Both the position numbers and the translations under genes were made by a program. This document shows, piece by piece, positions 40,146-52,200 of a stretch of 64,000 bases of DNA. Source of the stretch: Eledone cirrhosa. Its lineage: Eukaryota. The first letter of the stretch is position 1, and each line of letters begins with the position of its first letter. The DNA lies in NCBI GenBank assembly GCA_964016885.1, contig OZ024741.1, positions 382,664,001 to 382,728,000 of the forward strand, written 5' to 3'. Under the pieces are notes generated by a model that did not search any database, was not told where the DNA came from, and saw only the letters and a list, made by a program, of their open reading frames with translations.

Positions 40146-41612
40146 TTCATTATTGTTATTGTTATTCCTTGAATCTCAGTCATTGATGTTGGTTAACTGG
40201 AAAGTCCGTTGGATTGAATATCAAGCCACTACCTGCAGCCTCAGATATTCAGGACGTATCGGAGGGTTCTTGCTGTTCCAAGCAAGCATGCCTTTTGAAG
40301 CGTTCCAAAAAGCGTGAAGGGGCCGATTTTATTTAACCATCCCTGGAAACTTTTGGAGATAGTCCCCAGTGCGCCTATGACAATCGGGATCACTTTGACT
40401 TCATGGCAGTTCCAAATCCTTTTCACCTCCCACTTTAGGTCCTGGTATCGGTTAATTTTCTCCCTCTCCTTCTCTTGCACTCTCGTGTCGAACGGGCAGG
40501 CCACATCCACAATCAGGCACGATCTTTTTTCTTTGTCCACAACCACCAGGTCAGGTCTATTGTGTTCCAGTTTTTTGTCCGTCTGTATCCTAAAATCCCA
40601 CACACCTTCACCTGATTGTTCTCCATCACCGCCTCTGGCCTATGCTCATACCATTTCTCAGAATGTGGTAGATTGTTTACTTTGCACAGGTGCCAGAGGA
40701 TCACCCTGCCCATCACATCGTGTCTCCAGCCCTTATAGTGGGTCTGGGCTAGGTGTTTACACTCGGACACAATGTGAGCCACAGTCTCCTCTCTCTCTCC
40801 ACAGATCCTGCACAGTGGGCTGGCCTCCTCCTTGTAGATATGGTGCTTCAACCACTTCGTTTTGAGGGCCTGCTCCTGCGCAGCCATTAGCATTCCTTCT
40901 GTAGCCTTTTTGAGGTCTCCTCTTCTCAACCAGTTCCATGTCTGTGGATCTCTAAATTCAGTTTTCTCAAAGAAGGTACTATGAAGGGGTTTTCCCTTAA
41001 GGCTGCTCTTCCTCCTTGATGTTATTTCCTCCCTGGACATCCCCTGGCCTACTGTCCCCTCCTTCAGTACAGCTCTGAGCATTGGCTCCTTACTATAGGT
41101 CAAGTATTTGTATAGGTTGTTTTTCTCCATCTGAACACAGTCCTCTATGCTGATAAGACCTCTTCCACCCTCAGATCTCCTTAGGTAGAGTCTATCGACA
41201 TCACTCCTCTTGTGGAACATGTTGTAGATAGTCAATAGCTTCCTAGTCTTCCTATCCATTTCTTTCTGTTCAGCAACATTCCATCTCAGAATTCCCGCAC
41301 TGTACCTAATAATAGACACAGCTCGGGAATTTACTGCGCTTATGGCATTTCTGCTGTTCAGATGTGACTTCAATACGCTCCTTACTCTCCGAATGTATTC
41401 AGTTCTTAACAATTCCTTCATTTTTTTGTTCTTTATGCCATCAGCCTCCAGAACGCCCAAATACTTGTATCCTTCCTCAGAGTCAATTTCCTTTATCATC
41501 TCACCTGTTGGTATCTGGATCCCGTTACTTCTGCTCAACCTACCCCTCTTCATCACAATGACTCCACATTTACCAATACCAAACTGCATACATATATCAC
41601 TGCTGAAAATAC
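40146..41612 (-). mobile_element. R4/Dong-clade LINE, 5'-truncated, intact 3' end with restriction-like endonuclease
   Basis: YKYLG, CRICG..HIVSEC, RHD, WDFRIQTD..HNRPDLVV.DK..IVDVACP..EKINRYQDL; close relative of 31070-32070; (TAA)n in element sense at both ends. Confidence 0.9.
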
Positions 41613-41969
41613 GTTATTATTATTATAAATTCATTATTATTATTCTTCTTCTTCTTCTTCTTATTATTATTATTATCATTATTATTATTATTATTATATT
41701 GAAAACAGTGTCATTGCTACCATTAATTTCCAATTCTGCAAGTAGCTTAGAATTAGAATATACATTCTCTTCCGCTTGCGAGAAAGCCATATCTGGCCGC
41801 TCCATACAATATTCAACTCTTAATGATAGTGTATTTACGGATATCATAACATACATACATACATGCATACATACATACATACATACATACATACATACAT
41901 ACATACATACATGCTTACATACATACATACATGCATACATACATATCAGAGACTGTCAAAAAATATATG

Positions 41970-42570
41970 AGTAACAATAGGAATAGAATGATCATTTAGT
42001 TCACACAACCTTCCTAGTGAAGACTAACGTAGGTAGAACATTCTTACTTCTAATTGATAAACAATTCCCACCTCGGCATAGGTTTTAAAAGATGTTTACT
42101 TGCCAGTTGGTGAAAGTTAGCTAATGTTGCGGCCCAAAAAGAACACCTCGGAACAAACTAGGATACTTAAATTTGATAAAGTTAAATTACATCTTATAAG
42201 AAAAATGTAAGATCTCGACCATTTGAAGTCACGATTATGCGGTCAAATGGCCGCAAATTAATGATATGTCCTTGTGCCCCAAATCGCTTTAAAAAGCAGA
42301 ACTACGTGCATATCTTCTTTTGTACACCACTACGTATGGAACAGCAGTACAGGTCACGCAAGTATAGGAGCTTCAAGACAAAGATATACCATAAATTATA
42401 GAATGGAGCATATTAGAAAGACCAAGCCCTACATTAAAGGAAGAAAAATTTGCTCAATTTATGTACGTGAGAAATATAGAATATCACAGGGGTTGTAGTC
42501 TTCGTCAGCATATTTGAACATTAAAACGACGGTGTTTACAAACGTCCCAAAAGCACAGGTGTTTACATAC
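41970..42570 (+). mobile_element. Highly degraded Naiad-type PLE fragment
   Basis: VKTNVGRTFLLLIDKQFPPRHRF*KMF..VKVS and IRKTKPYIKGRKICSIYVREKYRI align with thumb and GIY-YIG end of the other Naiad proteins. Confidence 0.7.
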
Positions 42571-42614
42571 ACACACATCAATATACTACGTTTCGAAAAC
42601 ACACCTTAATATTC

Positions 42615-42687
<73 letters not shown>

Positions 42688-42688
<1 letters not shown>

Positions 42689-43660
42689 GATAGAGTGAAG
42701 AAGAATAACATGGTCAACAGTACAAAATGGGTTTTATTTACAGTATTAACAATTGTTTCATTGATTAAGCTGCCTAAAAAATGCCAATCACTTGAAGTTG
42801 TGACATTCAATTTTAGATACAATGTATGCTTAACCAAATCTTCAGAAAAACTGATTAAAATTATACACGGCGTTTGTAATATACTAGGGATATTCAAATC
42901 ACAATATCAGTAATAAAGAACGAAAAAGAAAAAAAGAAAAAAAGAAAAAAAGAAAAAAAGAAAAAAAGAAAAAAAGAAGAAAAAAAAGAAAAAAAAGAAG
43001 AAAAAAAAAGAAAAAAAAGAAAAAGAAAAAGAAAAAGAAAAAGAAAAAGAAAAAGAAAAAGAAAAAGAAAAAATATTAAATAAATAATAATAAGTAAGTT
43101 ATAATGAAGATGATAAAAAAAAATGTATATGTGTGCGAAGAAAAGTGAACATAATATGATTGTTGAAATTAGTTGTGGTGTTGTTGGTTAAAATATAAAG
43201 ACGTGATAGTTTAAACACGAAAATATTAAATATATATGTATTGGTTAAATTAATAAATTAATAAATTGGAAGTTATGTTAAAAGTGAAGAGAATACGATA
43301 GGATATAATGTAAGAGGTGAAATATATTTAGGAAAAGAGAGTGAAAGAGAGAAAAGTTAGAAGGTTATGATGTTGATTCATTGTGTAGTTGATTTATTGA
43401 CAGTTAATAATAACAATAATGGATTATTATAATAGGCTCATGTGGTACAATTTGACTTATGGAATTGTTGGGTCGAATCATGTTGGTTTGAAATTAGTGA
43501 ATTTATGCCTACAGAAAATTGACCGTTCAAATTTGCTGTTAAGCAGCATTTTGTCATATTTTAAAAGTCCGCAGTTGGACAACTTAATCAATGAAACAAT
43601 TGTTAATACTGTAAATAAAACCCTTTTTGTACTGTTGACCATGTTATTTTCACTCTTTCA
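42688..43660 (-). mobile_element. Severely 5'-truncated Naiad-type PLE with inverted terminal copy
   Basis: Minus strand 43567-43478 encodes LLKYDKMLLNSKFERSIFCRHKFTNFKPT*, similar to KKLLNNRIERTLFCRHR; ~85-bp inverted repeats ~42688-42775 / ~43577-43660; 3' end abuts (TA)n. Confidence 0.82.
42741..42853 (-). ncRNA. Type I hammerhead ribozyme with 57-nt loop II and palindromic stem III
   Basis: Minus: CAGTTTTT-CTGAAGA-T-TTGGTTAAGC..57 nt..GCTTAATCAA-T-GAAAC-AATT-GTT-AATACTG; 10-bp stem II, imperfect stem I. Confidence 0.72.
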
Positions 43661-43824
43661 CTATTATTACTCCAAGATTAACTTGCATAGGAATTCCCGA
43701 GAACTCAAACTCGCTACCTAAGAAAACCTCTTGTTGAGTCAAACAACGCCGTACGCTAAAACTATCCACAATACGGAGTATTCACAACCTCTAACTGGAT
43801 TACCTATAACGATAATTTGTTATC

Positions 43825-43895
<71 letters not shown>

Positions 43896-44770
43896 TACAC
43901 ACATACAACCCCCCCCCCATATATATATATGTGTGTGTGTGTATGTTAATGTTTGTATGTAAAGTATGGGAATATATTGTAAAGTGTAATCCAAACATCA
44001 ATACGGTTGCAACATACGTGAAACCAATTATAATAACTGATATTCTTCAAACATTATGAATACATATCATTTGTATATACATAGTTTTATCAAACGGGGC
44101 TCCCTACCGAATAACAGAGCAATCTAACAAAATCATTGTTAAAGGGTTGATGACGATACAAATAATAAATTGTTAAACTGCATGAATATCTCTAAATTCA
44201 GTTATTTTTCAAATTTCTATTAATTCCCTCAGGAAACGCATGCATCTGTGTCACTTGCTAGAAATAACTTTATATTAATGTTTATTGGGAAAGAAATTAG
44301 AAATCCTAAACAGTTTTAAATTAAAACTAAATTATTTGAATCAAAACTAATTAAACGCATTCGATTTTATACAGAAAATACGCATCGTGGTTAAATCCTT
44401 ATATCATATATCGAGGTTTAATGTGTTTGGATCTTGTTGCATACACGCAAAATAAAACAATGTGTATTGGATCCTCCTTCTGAAAAGAGAGATTCGTTTT
44501 ATAGAGTGGCTGAAATTTATAAAAGGATATATACAAATGCAAAGTGGATGTGTTGAGTAGATTGAAAAGAACAACACTGAAAAAGAATTTCAAAATTCAA
44601 TTGTTTTGTGCGGAATAGGTTTCGTGTTGTATGACAGTGTATAGCAAATAACAATGGTGGAGGGAAAATGTGTATTTTTAACGTGTGGCCTAGTTTGACT
44701 AAACTAGACGTTTCCATAGTGATATTGCGAGTTCGCGGTGATTTCTATGTAGTTTATACTTGGAGTAATA

Positions 44771-45481
44771 ATAATTCAAGAAAAAAGAGTGACATGGTTC
44801 GCTATACAATACGGGCTTTATTCACATTGCTGACAATTGTTTCTTCGATCTGGTAGGTCTAAATTTCGCTACTCGCATGATTTTGCGTCAATCGATCTCC
44901 AATACTTTGATTATAACCAGTCGTTTTCATAAAAACTATCATTATCACGAAAATCTTTATCTGTCAGACAATAAGGAAATCCTCGGTTTATTGCCAGAAC
45001 ACCTACAGTAAAGCACACACCTCAGAATTCTTGACCCCAAGTACATTTTAGTTGTCACTGTTATATCTCCGCCACCTTAACACTACATCTAACGTACCCT
45101 ATAGCAGTTTTCACATGTCAATTTCATACATCTGCATAATATCAGTTCGTTTAACCTGCTAGATTCATTATTATACTGTATTTCTTACATTATATTGATG
45201 TTATTATTTTAGCTATTCACTATCTAGTTATTTTATTTTATTATTGAAATTATTGTTCTGGTTTAATACCACTCCTATATAAAAGCCATGCCTTGTGTAT
45301 CTTCTTCATTTCGCGTGCTCCGATGAAAACGACTGGTTATAAACAAAGTATTTGAGTCGATTGACGCAAAATCATGCGAGTAGCGAACTCTAGACCTACC
45401 AGATCGAAGAAACAATTGTCAGCAAAGTGAATAAAGCCCTTATTGTATAGCGAACCATGTCACTCTTTTTTCTTGAATTAT
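44771..45481 (+). mobile_element. Short PLE remnant with ~160-bp inverted terminal repeats
   Basis: 44771-44930 is reverse-complementary to 45323-45481 with several mismatches; right arm holds a hammerhead and abuts (TA)n. Confidence 0.72.
45310..45431 (+). ncRNA. Type I hammerhead ribozyme with ~60-nt loop II and one core substitution
   Basis: TGCT-CCGATGA(45320-45326)-AAA-CGA-CTGGT..60 nt..ACCAG-A-TCG-AA-GAAAC-AATT-GTC-AGCA; predicted cut after 45420. Confidence 0.68.
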
Positions 45482-45948
45482 ATATATATATATCTGTTCA
45501 CATTAAGGTATATAATGTTTATAAAAGGTCACGACAGTTTCACATGTGGGTGGCTCAGAATCCATGCTTAGATATGATTCCAGCCCGATCTACTCATCAG
45601 ACTTGAAAATCAAGCAAAACAAAAACATCATCTGATTGCACCCCTTTACCATACGACGTACACACACCAACATATGAATATTGATCAACCACCACACTCT
45701 CCGACAGACATACTCTCAACCACACACACACATTCACACACACTCATATAGTGTTCTGATCGTTGATGGTTGAATTATGGTGGTAGGGATGTGTAGACGA
45801 AGAGGTCCGCTGTGAGAATGACATTCAGAGCCTGATCTGAAATATATCACAATCCCCACTGACCACGACAGCAGCCACTCAACTAACACCCCACCCACAA
45901 CAACAACAACAAAGTCACACAGATATAAAAGAATAACAATAATAATAA

Positions 45949-48900
45949 GGATTTATTTATTGATCACAAATGGTTTACAAAATAAAATACATTGAGGACA
46001 GTACAATGTGGGTTTCATCATGTTAAAATTAGCATAAAACGAAAATAAAAGATCTAACAGAAAATAGAAACAAAAGAAAATAACCCAGTAAGGGGAGATT
46101 ACCCCATGGTTCCTCGTGGAGAAAACCCCAAAATCCCCTCACATCTGAGAGCACGCGCTCTAGCTCTGACAAAGCCTTCGTGCTTTGAGGTGAAGAATTG
46201 TTCGAGGGCCAATCCCGCCGCAAGCACGTCAGTTGCATTGACTTTACTAAGCGCCTCGTCTAGTTTTCAAGCTAGTTCACCTTCTGCTCTATTTTTCTCT
46301 ATTACTAACGCCTTACTAAACCTAAATGATTCTATTCTAATCGCCCTTTACAGGGCGAACCACCATTTGTTGTTGACGACTGCTCCCATCAACGCCCGCT
46401 TAATTATTTCGCTAACACTGTCTCGGTAGGCTTTGTGCGCTGTCAACCAACCGTTTAGCTTGCAGTAGCCGGGCCTGTCTATGAAGCCTATCTAAGTCGA
46501 CCACACAGATCTTAAATTTGTAGTCCGTGTAGTTGACTATTTTGAATTGTGGACAGCCTATTGTAGACCTATTTATTTTCCTACAAATTGTCCTATCTAG
46601 ATACGATCTGGATGACCCGATGTGGTTTGCCCATGCCCACATAGGCACGTTCGGGAAATCCAGACGATACCAGTCAGACAGTTGGAAACATCTGAGCAGG
46701 TTGGTGAAGCTTTTACACCCTCCTTCCATATTTGCTAATCCCACACAGTCCCAGCGTGCATCCAAAATCCCGTTCCAGTCTCCCACTAACACTAATGAGC
46801 GGGACGCTCCTAGTAAGGTCTCCAGGAGCCAGAGGGAGTCAGGCCGTCCCACCCCTGTTGGGGCATAGACGGCCACTAGCCTGAAAGTTTGCCCTTCTCC
46901 ACTGGTCACATCCAGCCCCACCTAATTACCTTCTGGGTCCAAGTAGATGGCCTGGATCTCTAGATCCAGACTTTTCTGGAACACCACAGCTACTCCTCCC
47001 ACAGAACCGGGATGGCATTTAGAAGTTTACACGTCGTAGCCGCCGAAAATGGGTGAGAATACCGGTGCCTCGGGAATTCTGGTCTCGCTGATGGCACCAC
47101 GTTTATGCATAGCGACCTGAGGCCGTTCAGCAGGTGACCCTGTTTCCAAGGTGACCGCAGGCCACGTGCCTATCCCGAGAGAAACCATGTTGGTTAAGAT
47201 AGGAGGAAAACAAATGAGAGGGGGAAAGTTAAACAAATTTAACCTTTGGCCTTTTTCTTTTTAGGAAGTGGGTGGATGATACATCCCTCCGACCAGCGCT
47301 GGATTTCTCCATGAGAATGCCAGAATAAATTCTTTTGGTGATGTTCTCTCGATAGTCTCCAATTACCGAGGGGAACTTTTTCTTGCATGTTGTGTAATTC
47401 TTCTGAGAGATTTGAATTCTTTTTGTGTGTGGGAGGTGCAATTTTGGTGGTTTGTATGTAAATTGTTTCTATGATGTTGGTGTGGTGTTGAATGAAATGT
47501 TAAAGCTTTTTGTTGTCTGTGTGTAAAGCTCTGTATTGGGTCTGCTTTTGGGATGACGGTGCTTTCTGTGTTTGCTGTGGTTTTGCTGGGGGTGACGATA
47601 GGGTGGGATGATAATGATGGTGGTGGTGGTGGTATGTCTGGTGGTGGCGGTATCGATGGTGGTGATGATGGTGGAGATGGTTGTGAGGCGAGTTGTTGAT
47701 GGTGATGGTGACACGATCATTGACTTGTTCATTTTTTTTTGTGTTTTTCTCCTCTTTTTTTTCTTGGAGGGTGAAGTTAGATATCTCTTTCTTTTTTCTT
47801 TTTTCGCTGCGATGGTTTTCCACTCTACAGCGTCATAACACTCCCTGTGCTATTTAGCGATATCGGGAAGTGGCATTCACGCCATTGAACTTGTTGGCGC
47901 TGTTGGTGGGGGAGATGGTGTTTTTGTCGTTAGTGTCGCTTGTGCTGGTAGTTGTTCCGTAACTGCGGCCTCGTATGGTTTGGACATTCTAGTCGTGGGG
48001 CACGGCGTAGGGAGAAAGGGAGAGCGCGATCCCTCCTTGGTGAGTTTGGGGCAGAAGGCCTTAAGGCGTGTTTTGTCCCCGCAACCGTCACACATTTGAC
48101 GTCTACCTTTGACACTCATAGGTAGATGGCGGTTGACGCCAACGTCGATCACATCGGGGATGACCTCTATGCTCTCATGGTTTGATTGGAAGATTAGCTC
48201 ACACACCGAGCCTGACGAGATGTCTGTCTTATACGCCTTGTTCTTGACTCCTCGACGTCAGCGACGACGGCTGACTTAAGCAAAGCGATCTCCGCTCAGA
48301 GCGGAACCTGGGTCATTCTAACCCTAACAACTCTCTGGCCACCGTATGTGGGCACTATCACTCTTTCGTTACTGCGGAGTAGTGTAATCGAGTGTGCTCT
48401 GACTTCTTCGTGTGTTGTGAAGAGAACATCAACGGTGCCATATTTTGATCCTCGGGCTATGTAAGTTTTCATGCCCAGAAGTCAGCCATAGTCCATTGGA
48501 TCTGCGACTCGGTCGCCTATTCCACCCGGCGCGATTTGAATCCAAATGTACCGTACGTGACCGTAAATAGACGTACGTTTTTCATGACGTCGGGGGGAGA
48601 CTGACACTGTGTCCGATTTTCTTGACCAACACTTTGGGCTGCTTTGGCAGCCTCCGCTAATGATGTAGCTTGGGCTGCTCCTGTCTGCTGTGTAGTTTCG
48701 TCGTTTCTGCTGTTTTTGTTGTTCTTGTTATTTTTGATATTGTTATGGTTGTCATTGTTGTTGATGTGTTTGTTGTCATTCTTGTTGTTGTTGGTGGTGC
48801 TGGCGTTGTTATTTGTTTTTAGGTTAGTGTTCTCACTGTTGCTGTTGCTGCTGTAGTTTATGATGCTGTTTGTGGCGGTGTTGCTAAATGTGTTTGTGAT

Positions 48901-49128
48901 ATAAATGTTTGTATCGCCCCTCTCAACGTTTAAGCCGCTGTTACAGGTCAGCAAAATTAGAGTTGGGGGGCGTGTCTCAGCCATTTTTTTTGTCTCGATA
49001 AAAATTAAAAAACACAAAGTTTCAATATTTGGGCCAGAAAGCTCAGATATTTTAAAGTCTCCCCTTCACACAGAGTGCTGAAAGAATTCACGCAGCTCGT
49101 TAAAATACGTGCTCTCCGTCCCAAAACC
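45949..49128 (-). mobile_element. Tx1-like LINE of a diverged subfamily, RT deleted internally
   Basis: ORF1 (MAETRPP.., CDGCGDKTRLKAFC) ~48983-47230; APE ~47190-46140; direct jump to 3' UTR near 46140; (AAT)n on both plus-strand flanks. Confidence 0.85.
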
Positions 49129-49157
49129 AATAATAATAATAATAATAATAATAATAA

Positions 49158-49265
49158 TTGTTTCTACTTTAGGCACAAGGCCAGCAATTACCCAGTGCAT
49201 TACTGGTACTTTATTTTATTGACCCCGTAAGGATGAAAGGCAGAGTCAACCTCGGCGGGATTTGA
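49158..49265 (-). mobile_element. 5'-truncated Nin/Deu-domain SINE inside (AAT)n
   Basis: Reverse complement closely matches 18634-18740. Confidence 0.85.
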
Positions 49266-49293
49266 TAATAATAATAATAATAATATTAATAAT

Positions 49294-52200
49294 GCTTTCT
49301 TTATTAACCACAAGGGTTTACATAAAGTAGACATTAAGGACAGTACAGGATAATACAGGACGGTACAAATGGGCATTTCTGCGTGTAAAAACAAGAAACA
49401 GAGAATGTAATAATAGAACAATGAAAAAATTCCCCAATAGGGGGGAGGCTTCCGAGGGACATTCGTGGAGAAAGCGCATTAAAAACCACATTGACCCTGA
49501 CCACCAGGGCAAGTGCCCTCACCCAGTTTTCAACCTTTAATTTACAGACACATACTCAGAGTACGCCCATTCACTAGAGCCATTCTTGCCTCTCTCACCC
49601 ATCTTTCAAAAAAAATGCTGGGAAGAGAGCACTTCCCTCTCTACCCTGATTTTCCTTTTGAAATGAAATTTGAAAAAGTTAATCAGGGCATCACCGAAGA
49701 GGTAACAGCTCGTCTTCAGCCCTTTCAAACGTGTCCACCATACTATCTCTTTCGCCATGGCCACCAGACAGATAAAAACTGCCTGCCCTTCCCGGCTAAA
49801 GGAAGAGGGCCGGGCAATCCTCACGATGGACTCAGCTGATAGCTGGATCCGTCCTACACGCGACAGTAGGTGTTCGACATAAACCCACAAGTCAGCAATG
49901 CTCGGTCACTGGACGAGTGCGTGCAGGACGGTTTCGTCGCCCTGCGCGCATCTCGGAGATGCCCGATTGACGGCACCTCCATGCCTGTAGAGTTTAACCC
50001 GAAATGGCAAAGCTCCTCGGTAGCACTGCCAGGCCGGGGATTTCTGGAAGTTGTACATAGGCCCCGGCCTGAAAGTTCTTCCGAAGAGATTGGCTAGTTG
50101 ATTTTCGTCGACGCCTAGATTTTCCCCAAGTACGTCGTCGCTCTTTCCCTCCACTAATCCTCTATAGAACGCCAAGGTAGTTTCCACCGGTCACATTGCC
50201 CGATTGGTCGAGGACTGTGAGCGCCTGAAGATATTCCAGTCTCCAAGCGCACGCTCTCAGTCATCGCTTGACCCTGGACTGCAGCTCCGTCAAAGAGACG
50301 AGCTTGGGAAAGACGCTTCTAGCAAACAGCGACGACACCTGATCACCGTCGAGGAAAAGGTGGAGATGTCGTAGCCTGAGCGCGTGTCGGCGCATCATCA
50401 GCCACGGCATTCCCAGTCCTCCACGTAGCGGGTGTTGACAGCAGATGGACCGCCTGACCATCGGAGCGCGTCCCTTCCACAAAAAGCGAAAGAGCAAACG
50501 CTCCAGCGCAGTCAGGCGGGGCTTATGACAAGGTACGAGGGTCAGGCGGTAGTAGATGACGGACGCGATATACGCGTTAGCCACCTCCGCTCGACCTTTC
50601 AGGGATTGCTTCCTCTCGGCCCATTTCTGGGTGAGAGAAGCCACCCTGCTCGTCACCTCGTCCCAGTTTTTTTCTGTCTGGAGATCCGGACCGAAACAGA
50701 CCCCGACCAATTTTACTGGTTCGCTCGTCCAGCGCCCGACGAAGCTGTTGGTCGGCATGGACATGCCTCTCCAGGTGCCGAGCTGCAGGCCCACTGATTT
50801 TCCTGGTTGATCATTGCTCCTGTCACCGCTTCGTATTCTCTTAGTGTAGTGCCGATCGCCTCGATGTGTTTGGCGTTCGACATCACTACGGTGACATCGT
50901 CCGCATATGCTGACACGGATCTTCCGCATCCTAGTTCGCGCGGGACCCCCCTCAACGTCTCCAGTTTGTGCAGTAATGGCTCGAAAGTCAATACGTACAA
51001 GAGGGACGAGAGGGGACATAATTGGCGGACCGAGCGCATGATGTTGAACGGTTCCGAAAGGTGACCGTTCACTCTCACCACAGAGTAGATATCGCTGTGC
51101 ATGGCAGCGATCCAACCTCTGAAGACAGGCCCAAAGCCAGCCACCTTCAGGACTGCCGCTAGGTAACGATGGTCGACCCTATCGAAAGCTTTCGACTGAT
51201 CAAAATTGATCAAGGACCAACCCGTGCCAGGTTCCCTAGCTACCCTCTCTACGATGTATCGCATGAGGTGGAGGTTGTCGTGGATGGATCTGTCGGGAAT
51301 GGCGCATGTCTGCGCCTCCCCCACCAGACCACCAACGACAAGCGCCAACCTCTTTGCTAGCACCTTGGCCAAAATCTTGAACTCTGTGTTTAGCAGGGTT
51401 ATGGGCCTAAAATTATCTATGTTATCTCCCTTGTTCGGATCCTTTCTCAGCAGCGCCACAGCTCCTCGGCTCACAGAGCTGGGAATTCTCCCGTTCTGTT
51501 GCCAGTTGCAGTAGACGTCTGCCAAGAGGCCTCCGAACAAGTCTGGCATCTGTACGTAAAGTTCATAGGGCATACCATCCAATCAGTCAGTCAGTCATTC
51601 CCTCTCATACTGCAGCGGCTGTTATCCGCCTCAGTGGCCGAGAGCCGCGGCAGTCCGTCGAGGTAGACACTAAAGTCCATCCCTCGATCCGGCCCGCCGC
51701 TGCCCTCGAAAAGCTGAGTGAAGTGTCGCTGAAAAGCTTCACACATTTTCCAGGGATTGAGTAGCATGCACCCGTCGTGGTCCACCAAAGACCGGATCGT
51801 GGCTTTGTTGCCACGACGTAACCCCGCCACTCGGGCCCATTGAACGGCTTTCGTCCCCTCGTGTCTGAGAGCACGCACGCTAGCTCTGACAACCCAACCT
51901 TCGTGCTTTGCATTGAATAATTGATCATGCGTCAATTTCGCTGCAAGTACGTCGGTCGCGATGCCTTTGCTAAACGCCTCGTCTAATTTTCTAGTTCACC
52001 CTCTGCTCTATTTTTCTCTATATCTAAAGCTTTACTAAACCTAATGGACTCTAATCTAATCACTCTTTTCAGAGCAAACCACCACATGTTGTTGACGATA
52101 GCCCCCGTCAACGCCCACTTAATTAGTTCGCTAATCCGGTCTCTGTAGGCCGTGCGCGCTGGTAAGGACGCGTTTAGCTTCCAGTAGCCGGGTCCTTGTC

